Below, piece after piece: positions 42,809-52,052 of a DNA stretch of 64,000 bases; position 1 is the first letter of the stretch, and each line of letters opens with the position of its first letter. This stretch comes from an uncultured virus (IMG/VR IMGVR_UViG_3300034418_011988). Its lineage: Duplodnaviria; Heunggongvirae; Uroviricota; Caudoviricetes. A program made the position numbers and the translations under genes. A model generated the notes under the pieces. That model saw only the letters and a program-made list of their open reading frames with translations, did no database searches and had not been told where the DNA came from. Location of the stretch: IMG/VR virus record IMGVR_UViG_3300034418_011988. One strand, written 5' to 3'.

Positions 42809-45800
42809 CCCATCAAGCTTCCGATCCCGCCGCTTGCCGGGCTCGTCGCCCGGATCATCTGAGACGTAGACTCAAATGGGTATAAAGCCGCGTACCGCGC
42901 TCGGGTGTCCGCCTGGGGTGCTGCGGGGGCCGGAGCAGGCATGGGCGGGGGTGCTGCCTGGGCCACGGGCCGCGGAGCGGGAGGCGGTGCCATGGGAGCT
43001 TGGGCCGTGGGCCGCGGAGCGGGCTGAATCGGCATCGGGCGCTCCTCCTGACTTATGGGGATCGAGGCTTCTGCCGCCGCACGTAGGGCAGGAGTAGCCA
43101 CCGCGCCTGTCCCGAAGACGGAACCCAGGAACTTGGCCAGCAGGTTGGTTGCTTGCTTGCCGTCAGCACGACGCTGCTGAGCTAGGCCCAGAAGCTTTTC
43201 CATTTCATCATAGCCCCCGGCCCTGGGCTCAGAGGCAGAGACGAGGATGTCGCGCATGGCCATGGACGGAGCGGTGTCAAAGAGCGCTTGCGCTTCCCGA
43301 GCGAAGTATCCCGGCACCTGAATCGTACCCGTGCCCATTGATGCTCCGACCCGAGCACCGGCGAAGCGGGCGAGGAAGGACAGGGTGGGGTTGCTGCCGG
43401 AAAGGATTTCATCGATTTCCAGACCTTGGTCCACGGCGCTTTGTAGCTTCTCGACATTAGCGAGGTTGGCCCGCAGCTTCTGGTTGAACTCCGGGCTGAC
43501 GATGTTGCCGTCGATCAGCATCTGCATGGGGCTGCTCTGGCCCTGGGTCACGGGCTTGAACAATGCGTCCTTATACCTTTTTAGGTCTAAGGTGCCGTCG
43601 TCTTTGATCGCCTCCTGAAACGCCCAATCCAGCACGTTGTTCCGCAGACCGTCTCGACTTGCTTGAAGCGTGTCGGGGTCTTTCACCCGGTTGACCGTGC
43701 GGATAACCGCCTTGAAGGACTTCTCCGGGTTGAACTCGCCGGCCACGCGACCGGTTAGGGCCTCAGAAACTACGCGCAGCGGGTCCGCTTGACCAAGAAC
43801 GCGCCCGAAGGCCATGTTCTTCTGGAAGTTTTTGTAGCGCTGGCTGGTTTGGTCTTTGGCAGAAATGGCCAGATTGCTGGCCTTTTCGGCATCCGCGAGA
43901 TCACGGTTCAGAGCTTTCATGGCGTCCATATTCAGGACGTCTTGATAATCCCGACGGAACCGCCGCAGCTTCACCGGGTCAATGACTTCGATGGGCGCTA
44001 GATCGCGGCCAGTCGCTGGGTCACGCGGGGTGATGGTCTTGAGCACCCCGTCGTAGGGATCGACCAATCGGCCAGCAAGGAACTTGTCCAGCGTGTTTTC
44101 AAAGTCGTTTAGGCGCTGCGCTGCATTGGCCGCCGATTCGAGAGTGGCTTCGCCCCCAGGCAAATACTTTACGGCTTCTCGAACGTCGTTAATTTTCATA
44201 ACCGTGCGGTTGGAAGAGCCCTTCATTAGCTCTTCCAGTGCCAGCTCTGGGGGAATCCGCTCGGCGCCGGTCCGCTCTTTTGCGGTCAGGTCTTTTGCAA
44301 AGGAACGAGTGAAGACGTCGTTGCCCTCACGGCTAATCGCGTAGGCGCGCAGGAGTTGGCGCTGGTTTTCAGAAGGTTCCAAGCCCTCTTCCAGCATCTG
44401 TTCCACGCGCTTAGCGGACACACCTAAATCGTCGAGCGCGGCTTCGGCCATGCGGCCGAAGATCAGCCGGTCTGTCTCGTTGACGCGCTGCGAATCTCGT
44501 GCTAACCGCAGCATTGCCGACCGGAAGTTTTTGATCTCTCGAAGGGTCATGGCCCGCGGATCGAAAGGCACTGCCGCTTCTCTTTGCGCTTGTTCGCGTA
44601 CATCCGCGAGACGATTCTCGTACTGCGAAAACGCTTTTCTTGCCGCAGCAGCATCTTGAATCCGCTGTCGTCGAGCAGGGCGCATTTCAGGTAAACCTGC
44701 TGTAGCCTCTCGGTCGCCCCGAAGAAGGCCTTCCATCACCGCTTTTTCTTCGGCGCTGAGCTTAGCCTCCATGTCGCTAGCGCGATTACGGGAAAACCTT
44801 ACGTCCGATTCAGCAAGAGAAAGAGCGTCTTTTGTCTTTTTTGAAAGCGGGTCAACGGCGTCTTTTCCTGCAATCGCCACGATCATGTCGGTGATTTCTT
44901 TAGGCATCTTAGCGCCGGGGTAGCCAAATTCCGTTGTGAGATCACGGAACTTGCTTAAGATGGCGTCGGGACTGACTTGCTCGTCTAAATTGACGTTAGC
45001 GTAGGCTTGCCGTTCGACTTCACGCCATTCGCGCAAGGACTGTTGAACAGCAGTGGTCAAAACATCGCCCAGCTTTCGAGACTCCTCCGCTCCGATGCGG
45101 ACTTCCCCTTCCCGAGTTGCTTGAGAGCCCAGGCGCTGCGAAATGCGTCCAATGGTTTCGACGGCGTTGGCGGCCTTCGCGTCAAGGTTTGCGCGAAGAA
45201 GGTCGTTAATCGCGGACTCTTCCATCTTGGCCGCGGCGTAAATCGCCCGCGGATCGCCAGATTCGGTGAGCTTCTTCATAACAACCGCAAGCTTGGCCAA
45301 GCCATCTTGTGATGCCTGTTGCGAACGAGATTTTGCGGCGGACCCCAGCTCACTTTTGAAGAGCTGACGCTCCATGGCCAAAAGCTCCGGGCTATTCAGA
45401 ACCTGCCCGGGAGTAAGCTTCAAGGGTTTTCCTTCGGCATCCACCAGATTACCGACACGCAGCTCTTTGATGAGGTTGTCCAAAGTGCCTGCGGCTTTTG
45501 CGGCCACTTGATCTTCATAATCCGCAATGCTCATGCCTTCGGGGCGAGGCCCCACTTGAGCTTCTGCCACGGTATCGAAGAACCGGTTCAGATAATCGGC
45601 GGCCATGTCTTCCCGCCCGGAGCGCGTTAGCCGCTGCCCCGCATCTTTCAGCATGGGCAGTGCGCCCAGGACAACACGGTGCGGAAGGAAAGTGCCCACA
45701 GCGGTTTCTGCAAGAACGCGCGGCACGGCTTCCCCGGGCGCCACTTGCTCCGAAACACCGCCGGCCAGACCCATGTATCCGGCGGCCCCCACTTCCCCGG

Positions 45801-46587
45801 CGGCAATCGCGGCAGCTCCAGTTTTGGTCCGAGCGCGCTTACCAATCTCTGGGATGACCCGTTCTGCGCCGGCCAGCCCTTTGCCTAGCGCCATACGCGC
45901 CGCGCCTTTTCGACCGCTGTAATCCGCGACGTTGGTCAGGATTTTGGCGGAGCCAAGGTTGATGGCTTCAGGAAGAGCGCGCATCGCGCCAAGCGCGGTG
46001 GGAATTCCAGCCAGGGTGGCACCCACCGTTCTGCCCGCTTCAAAAGCCGGCTGCTGCGACGGCAAGATTTGACCTTCGCCGGTGACCGGGGTGACCAACA
46101 AGTCTTGGGCCGTTTCGCCGGCCAAGAGGCCCGCCAAAAAACCTCCGACACCACCCACTCCTGCGGCGCCCAGCTTGACGGGCAGCGGACCGGGGACGCG
46201 GAACCCCGCTTTGGCGCCAGCAGTTGCCGCAGCAAACGCCGGTGCCGCGCGGATGCCCTCTCGAACAGCGCCTTCAGCCGCTGCCGCGATCATTCCTGGG
46301 TCGCGGGCACCGGTGAACCGGGAAATGATCTGCTCCGGGGTGAACCCGCCCTCTTCGATGGCGGCCCTAAAGGCTGACTCAGGGATGCCCGCGCGCCGCG
46401 AAACGTCGCGCGCCACCTCAAAGGTGGCGTCCTTTCGGGACAGGTTCTTCTCGTTGACGAGGAAGTTGAACGCTCCGGTGACGTCATACTCTCCGGGCAG
46501 CTCAAAGGACGAAGCCGCTGGTTCAAGCGGCTCGCCGGTAGCTACAAGGGGCGGGGCACCTAAAGAGAGAAAACCCGAAGTGGACAT
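42805..46587 (-). CDS. Large internal virion/ejection protein
   Basis: 1260 aa, Gly/Ala-rich hydrophobic N-terminal segments, helical body; last gene of the tail operon. Confidence 0.6.
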   Translation of the reverse strand: MSTSGFLSLGAPPLVATGEPLEPAASSFELPGEYDVTGAFNFLVNEKNLSRKDATFEVARDVSRRAGIPESAFRAAIEEGGFTPEQIISRFTGARDPGMIAAAAEGAVREGIRAAPAFAAATAGAKAGFRVPGPLPVKLGAAGVGGVGGFLAGLLAGETAQDLLVTPVTGEGQILPSQQPAFEAGRTVGATLAGIPTALGAMRALPEAINLGSAKILTNVADYSGRKGAARMALGKGLAGAERVIPEIGKRARTKTGAAAIAAGEVGAAGYMGLAGGVSEQVAPGEAVPRVLAETAVGTFLPHRVVLGALPMLKDAGQRLTRSGREDMAADYLNRFFDTVAEAQVGPRPEGMSIADYEDQVAAKAAGTLDNLIKELRVGNLVDAEGKPLKLTPGQVLNSPELLAMERQLFKSELGSAAKSRSQQASQDGLAKLAVVMKKLTESGDPRAIYAAAKMEESAINDLLRANLDAKAANAVETIGRISQRLGSQATREGEVRIGAEESRKLGDVLTTAVQQSLREWREVERQAYANVNLDEQVSPDAILSKFRDLTTEFGYPGAKMPKEITDMIVAIAGKDAVDPLSKKTKDALSLAESDVRFSRNRASDMEAKLSAEEKAVMEGLLRGDREATAGLPEMRPARRQRIQDAAAARKAFSQYENRLADVREQAQREAAVPFDPRAMTLREIKNFRSAMLRLARDSQRVNETDRLIFGRMAEAALDDLGVSAKRVEQMLEEGLEPSENQRQLLRAYAISREGNDVFTRSFAKDLTAKERTGAERIPPELALEELMKGSSNRTVMKINDVREAVKYLPGGEATLESAANAAQRLNDFENTLDKFLAGRLVDPYDGVLKTITPRDPATGRDLAPIEVIDPVKLRRFRRDYQDVLNMDAMKALNRDLADAEKASNLAISAKDQTSQRYKNFQKNMAFGRVLGQADPLRVVSEALTGRVAGEFNPEKSFKAVIRTVNRVKDPDTLQASRDGLRNNVLDWAFQEAIKDDGTLDLKRYKDALFKPVTQGQSSPMQMLIDGNIVSPEFNQKLRANLANVEKLQSAVDQGLEIDEILSGSNPTLSFLARFAGARVGASMGTGTIQVPGYFAREAQALFDTAPSMAMRDILVSASEPRAGGYDEMEKLLGLAQQRRADGKQATNLLAKFLGSVFGTGAVATPALRAAAEASIPISQEERPMPIQPAPRPTAQAPMAPPPAPRPVAQAAPPPMPAPAPAAPQADTRARYAALYPFESTSQMIRATSPASGGIGSLMG

Positions 46588-46590
46588 GGG

Positions 46591-49377
46591 TTACATCCTC
46601 GACTTGAAGAAGGCGTCCAGTTCGCTGCCGATTTCTTCCCTGGGCGCCATGCGCTTTTGGAGTGCCCCTAGGAGGCGCTGATACTGGTCACGATAACTCG
46701 TCAGGCGCCGTAAGTCTTCCTTTGCCTTTGAGAGCTGCGCCGGGGGCAGGAGACGTTCTTCGATCTTGGTCTGAACATTCAAGATGTCGTCGTTCAGCAT
46801 TCCAATCAAGGAGCGGGTCTTGTTCAAGGACTCTTCGTCCGTCGCTAAAGCGCCAGGGCTCGGGAAAAGATCCTGAAGCTTTCGCTGCATCTCAAGGTTG
46901 GACCGTTGGCCGCGAGCGTCGAGAATCCCCACCAGGGTATCGGTGTTCAAAGCTTCGACTGCGTTTATCGCCTCCGCAGATTGAGGAGCGATTGTGTAGT
47001 CCGCAATCTTAGTGAAGGTGTTGGCAATGCGGGCGCCTAAAGAGCCGGGGCCCGTGGCAAAAGAGAGGTCCAGCTCCGGGCTTGCGCCGGCCAAAGCGCC
47101 ACGGTTTTCGCGCAGCATCCCCATCCCCGGGTCCAGGCCTGCTCCCATAATGGCGCCGCCTTCCTGCATACCGGAGTAGCCCATTTCAGGGACAGACAGA
47201 CCGCTTTGCTTGCGCGCTTCAATAGCCGCAACAAGCCGCGGATTGAGCTGGCCGCCGGGCTGCATAACGAATTGAGCACCGTCCCAAACCCGCTGAGGCT
47301 GGGTGTAATCCAGAATGAGCTGCTCAAACTCCGCCGTCTGGTCCCCGAGCTGCCCGGTAGCGTACTCATTGAGCACCTGCGGGTCGGAGAGATACTGGAT
47401 GGTCCGGGCTTTGGCCGAATCGCCCAGGCGGTTGGCCCGGGCAGCGAGCCCGGAAAGAACGCTCATCTCGGAAGCATTGGCGAGCTGAGCGGCTTCCATA
47501 GCCAAGCGCGTGTCTACCTGATCCAAACCGCGCTCTCGGAGGAGGAAGTCCAAGGTGTTGTTGTAAACGGACATCCTCCGATCAATCTCGCGCTCAGAAA
47601 GCCCCGCTTCTCGGGCATCTTCTGCCATTTCGCGCTCAAATTGTCGGCGGGTTCGAGCCTCCCCGGAAGAAAACTCTCTATCCAGTCGCCTCATGTACAT
47701 GTCATGAGCACGTTCTTGGCGAGCCATCAACTCGGCCAAATCGCCGCCTTCTTCCTGAAGCTCCAAGTTGTATTCGTGTCGTTGCTCCATGGTTCGGAGA
47801 TCAGATTCTTCGCGAGCCGTTAAGAGCTGGAGCTGGTTGCCAAGGTCCAACCCGTAACGAAGCTTAATCTGTTCCTCTTCAAGAGCAGCCCTCGCTTCCG
47901 CCGTTTTTCTTTGCTCCTGGCCAGTAGCCCCAATCTGTTCCAAGGCTTGACCGCCACGGAGCACTTGAAGCTCTCGCTCGTTATCAAACAAACGATCCTG
48001 CATCGACTGCCGGAAATCTCGATCCAATCCTGCTTGTGAAGCCGTAAAGTCGAAAGTTCTTTGCTGCGCATCTGCCGCGATCCGACCCTGAAGCTCGGCC
48101 AAGCCGCGCTGAAGCGTACCGCGAAGCTGGATGTCTTCCTGGCTCTGCGAGCCTCGAATACGCTGAAGCCTCTCTTGGGCCTCAATAGCTTGCGTAGCCA
48201 AGCGAGCGCCATAATCTCGCTGCGTCTCGTTTTCTTTCTGCGTGAAGTCTTGGCGCATCAAATCGCGGGCGAAGTCAAAGGTCGCTTGCCGCTCTTGAGC
48301 TTCTGCTCCGGCGCGGCGCTCTAATGCTTTGCCACGTTCCGTCTCTGCACCCTGGAGGGCGGTAAGCTTCAGACCGCGCTCAAACTCCCGACCTTCCTTC
48401 TCCCGGCCACGCTTGAATTCAGAAAACTGCTGGGCTCGGCCCCCGAGGCGGTCAAAAAGTTGAGTCTGCTGGGTCGCTTCAGCCAGCCGCTCTGCCGGGC
48501 TCATGGTCCGTGAGCCGGGGCCCGCGAACGCAAAAGCGGTGCCGGCGATGTCAAAAAGGGCTTGCGCTTGGCTCAGCCGCTTCTGCTCTTCGATGTCGGC
48601 CGTCGGATCGCTGGCCTGGAGCCCCATCTGCTTGTATAGGTCCATCCGCTCTTGAACGCCCTGCTGCAAACCAGGGATTTCGGGAAGGGCGGGACGCTGC
48701 GGAATCATGCCGGTGGGCATACCAAAAGAAGCGGGCATTAACGGGGAGCCGCCGTTAGCCATACGAACGACACCCCCATTCCTAAAAGCCTGGACGGGCT
48801 CGCCACCCTCCATCGGCATCGGAGCTTCTTCACCGCCCATGTTGACGGTGGACATGATGCCCCCGGCCATCGGGCCTTCGACCGCGCCGCTGCCCATGGC
48901 CTCTTCGGCTAGGCCACCAATGCCTTGCTCGACGGCGGCAATTTGCATCACGGGTTGAAGGAGAGTGAGCACTGACTCCGGGGTTTCTTGAGCATCTTCT
49001 TGCCCCACCAGAGCAGCCAGCTCTTGGCGGCGCTCGCCAATGCTCATCTGGTCGCCCCGGATGGCGTTCATCATTTCTTCGTAGTCGCCGGCCTCCTCAA
49101 TATTCGCAAACTGCGTAGAGGCCTGCTGAAGCATCTGCTCCATCATGGCGGGATCAATCTGATCTGGGCCCTGGGCCGCGGACGGTTGTGCGGCAGCCGC
49201 CGGTAGCCCCGCAGGCATCGGCATTCCGTCCATGGGGACCATCCCGCCTTCTTGCATGGGCAGCACACCGCGACCCATCAGGATGTCCTTTCGAGTGACT
49301 TGGCCGTCTCCGCTAAGGTCAGGGAATACGGCTCCGCCCTTCTTGAACATTTGCCTGTCTAAAACGCTTCGGTTCAT
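46591..49377 (-). CDS. Internal virion/ejection protein
   Basis: 928 aa coiled coil; five xxGG motifs; EF-hand-like DLSGDGQVTRKD near the N-terminus. Confidence 0.6.
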   Translation of the reverse strand: MNRSVLDRQMFKKGGAVFPDLSGDGQVTRKDILMGRGVLPMQEGGMVPMDGMPMPAGLPAAAAQPSAAQGPDQIDPAMMEQMLQQASTQFANIEEAGDYEEMMNAIRGDQMSIGERRQELAALVGQEDAQETPESVLTLLQPVMQIAAVEQGIGGLAEEAMGSGAVEGPMAGGIMSTVNMGGEEAPMPMEGGEPVQAFRNGGVVRMANGGSPLMPASFGMPTGMIPQRPALPEIPGLQQGVQERMDLYKQMGLQASDPTADIEEQKRLSQAQALFDIAGTAFAFAGPGSRTMSPAERLAEATQQTQLFDRLGGRAQQFSEFKRGREKEGREFERGLKLTALQGAETERGKALERRAGAEAQERQATFDFARDLMRQDFTQKENETQRDYGARLATQAIEAQERLQRIRGSQSQEDIQLRGTLQRGLAELQGRIAADAQQRTFDFTASQAGLDRDFRQSMQDRLFDNERELQVLRGGQALEQIGATGQEQRKTAEARAALEEEQIKLRYGLDLGNQLQLLTAREESDLRTMEQRHEYNLELQEEGGDLAELMARQERAHDMYMRRLDREFSSGEARTRRQFEREMAEDAREAGLSEREIDRRMSVYNNTLDFLLRERGLDQVDTRLAMEAAQLANASEMSVLSGLAARANRLGDSAKARTIQYLSDPQVLNEYATGQLGDQTAEFEQLILDYTQPQRVWDGAQFVMQPGGQLNPRLVAAIEARKQSGLSVPEMGYSGMQEGGAIMGAGLDPGMGMLRENRGALAGASPELDLSFATGPGSLGARIANTFTKIADYTIAPQSAEAINAVEALNTDTLVGILDARGQRSNLEMQRKLQDLFPSPGALATDEESLNKTRSLIGMLNDDILNVQTKIEERLLPPAQLSKAKEDLRRLTSYRDQYQRLLGALQKRMAPREEIGSELDAFFKSRM

Positions 49378-52052
49378 TAGAATAGCCCCGACTTTGCTGC
49401 CCCGGCCGCAGCGGCTAGGCCGCCCACTGCCGTGCCGGCAAATTGCTGGAAGGGTGACGCTTGCGGCGTGGTGGCCTGCGACGTAACCATCTGAGTGGAC
49501 GGCGCACCGCGCTGGATGTCAGACAAGAACCCAAGCTGCTGATAAGGCTCGTAGTAGTTCTGAAGGTTCGTGGACCGCGCGGCGTCGAGGACGGCCTGCG
49601 CTTGCCGTTGCTCTTGCTGACCGAGGTCGAAGAGGAAGCCTGCTTGGCCCTGACCGAGCTGCTGAGACATGCCGCCGAGCTGAGCCTGCTGCATTCCAAG
49701 ACCCGCACCGGCCTGCCCGGCTTGAATACCAAGCTGGCCGTACTGAGTACCGAGACCGCCAATGCCCTGAGCGATCTGAGCGGCCTGCTGAGAGCCTTGA
49801 AGCCCCAGGCGCCCTGCCGCTTCGGCGCCGGCCATACCCATCTGGGCTTGACCCTGACCAAGCTGGCCATATTGCTGAGCCAGTTGCCCGGCAAGCTGCT
49901 CCGCGCTGATGCCCATCTGAGCGGCCCGCTGGGCAATGTCTGCCTGGGCAGTAGCACCGGCCATGCCGAGCTGACCCGCCTGCTGGGCAAACTGCCCGGT
50001 GAGCTGGGCGGCGTTCATGCCGGTGGTGGCGGCAAGCTGCTGGATGTTCATGCCCGTCTGCGCTTGGGCTTGAGCATTGGCTGCCGCAAACTGCTGAGCG
50101 GAGAGCCCCGTCCGAGCCGCCATTTCGGCGCCAGAGAGCCCAAGCTGACCCGCTTGAAGGGCTCCGGTCTGAGCAAGCTGCTCTGCCGAGAGCCCAAGCT
50201 GACCCGCGGTCTGAGCAGCCTGCTGACGCTGCGCCGCAAGCGCTTGAGCGTTTCGAGAGGCTTGGTCGGCAGCCGAGAGGCCGAGCTGACCCGCCTGAAG
50301 GCCGCCGCGCTGGGCAAGCTCCTGAGCCGATAGACCAATCTGGCCTCCCTGCAATGCGGTTTGCGCTGCAAGCTGTTCTGCGGACAGACGCTGAGCACCG
50401 CCTTGGAGGAGTCCGGCTTGCGCCAACTCTTGGGCCGAAAGTCCCGTTTGCGCAGCAAGTTGTTCTGCCGACAGCCCGAGCTGTCCAGAAGCTTGAGCTT
50501 GCTGAGCGGCGAGCTGTTCCGCCGACAGCCCCAAGCCGCCAGCAGCCTGCGCTGCGCGAAGCTGAGCTTCCGCACCCTGGGCACCCAAGGCCCCCGTGAG
50601 CTGAGCCGCTTGCTGGGCCCGGCCCTGCTGCGCCTCAAAGGCGGCCTGAGCCCGCTGCGCAGCGGTTTCAAAACCCTGAGCCCGGAGCTGAGCCGCGGTC
50701 CGCGCTTGCTGCTCCAATACATTCCGCTGAAGCTCTGCTTCCTGAATCCCTTGTCGCGCGCCGCCAAAGGCCCCGGCGCCCACTGCTTGGGCCCGTTGTC
50801 CTTGAGCTGCGATATCGCCTTGGCGACGGATGTCAGACAGCGCTTGGTCAATGACCTCCTGCTGGTACGGGCTCATGAACTGAGAAACAGAAGTAGGATC
50901 GTACAGAGCCGTGGTGCCGGCCAGCCCCGCAATACCTTGTTGGGCGGTAGCCGCCCCCATGCCGCCTGCGGCCTGAAGCTGCCGGGCCGCTTCTGCGGTG
51001 ATGCCCCGGGCGCCAGAAACAGCTTGTTGTGCTTGCTGAGCTGCCGTACCGGCTGCGCCGCGAGCGCCTAAACCGGCCTGTTGAGCTACGCCCTGAGCCC
51101 CGGCTGCCGTACCGGCCAAGCCGGCTTGTGTTCCAAGGGCCGCGGCCCGTGCTTGTTGTGCCGCCGTATCCAGACCAAGCCCGGCCTGGATGGCTTGCTG
51201 AGCTGCCCCGCGCTCCGCGGCCTGAGTGGCAGCGCGCGCTTGATCGGCTGCGGTAAGCCCGCGCATGGAAGCAACGCCAAGCTGCTGGGACAGGGTGGGG
51301 ATCGCTTGGCCCATGGCCTGCTGGGCCTGGGCCACGGACTGGCGAGCCCGTTCGGCGGCCTGCTGCTGGGCCGTTTGACCGTACTGAGTTTGGCGCGCAG
51401 CGTTGATCGCTGCGGTGCCTGCAATGTCCTGAGCGCCAGTGGTGGCTTGTTGCAGAGCGCGCGCTTGCGCCGTTCCAACATCAAGGCCGCCAAGCATGGC
51501 TTGCCGGGCAACGTCTTGCGCTGCGACGCCCGCGGCTCCAAGGCCTTCCTGGGCGGCGCCTACTTGACCGGTAATGGCCCGCTGAGCGGCCAGCATGTCC
51601 TGACCACCAATGTCAGCAAAGGTCCGTGCGCCGAGAGCCGATTCCGTGAGCCCCGCGAGAGCCTGAGCGGTCCGCGTGTCGCCTCGCGCCAAGGCGGCAG
51701 CAATGTCCCCCTGGGTAGCTTCGATCTGGGGCCCTATGGTCCCGAGAGCACCCTGATAGGCTTGCATGGCTTGCTGTTGGTAAGGGGTCGCGCCTTGCAT
51801 GATGCCGCTGAGCTGCTGCGCCGCCCCGCCAAGGCTTTCTCCGGCAGCCGTCAGGTACGGTTGATAATCCCCAATGCCCCCAGCAGCTTGCTGGAGTGCG
51901 CTTTGCTGAAGATTGGAAAGACCGGCGACTTCATAGCCGGGAAGACCGGCCGCCTCGCGCAGGGAAAGCTCCCTTGCACGTTGCATAAGCGCAAGGCGTT
52001 CTGCCTCAATTCGAGGGTCTTCACGATAGATGGTTGTTTGAGTCTCGGCCAT
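49377..52052 (-). CDS. Ala/Gln/Gly-rich ejection (DNA-conduit) protein
   Basis: GLSAEQLA repeats at 11/18-aa spacing; GAGAFGGARQGI motif. Confidence 0.6.
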   Translation of the reverse strand: MAETQTTIYREDPRIEAERLALMQRARELSLREAAGLPGYEVAGLSNLQQSALQQAAGGIGDYQPYLTAAGESLGGAAQQLSGIMQGATPYQQQAMQAYQGALGTIGPQIEATQGDIAAALARGDTRTAQALAGLTESALGARTFADIGGQDMLAAQRAITGQVGAAQEGLGAAGVAAQDVARQAMLGGLDVGTAQARALQQATTGAQDIAGTAAINAARQTQYGQTAQQQAAERARQSVAQAQQAMGQAIPTLSQQLGVASMRGLTAADQARAATQAAERGAAQQAIQAGLGLDTAAQQARAAALGTQAGLAGTAAGAQGVAQQAGLGARGAAGTAAQQAQQAVSGARGITAEAARQLQAAGGMGAATAQQGIAGLAGTTALYDPTSVSQFMSPYQQEVIDQALSDIRRQGDIAAQGQRAQAVGAGAFGGARQGIQEAELQRNVLEQQARTAAQLRAQGFETAAQRAQAAFEAQQGRAQQAAQLTGALGAQGAEAQLRAAQAAGGLGLSAEQLAAQQAQASGQLGLSAEQLAAQTGLSAQELAQAGLLQGGAQRLSAEQLAAQTALQGGQIGLSAQELAQRGGLQAGQLGLSAADQASRNAQALAAQRQQAAQTAGQLGLSAEQLAQTGALQAGQLGLSGAEMAARTGLSAQQFAAANAQAQAQTGMNIQQLAATTGMNAAQLTGQFAQQAGQLGMAGATAQADIAQRAAQMGISAEQLAGQLAQQYGQLGQGQAQMGMAGAEAAGRLGLQGSQQAAQIAQGIGGLGTQYGQLGIQAGQAGAGLGMQQAQLGGMSQQLGQGQAGFLFDLGQQEQRQAQAVLDAARSTNLQNYYEPYQQLGFLSDIQRGAPSTQMVTSQATTPQASPFQQFAGTAVGGLAAAAGAAKSGLF

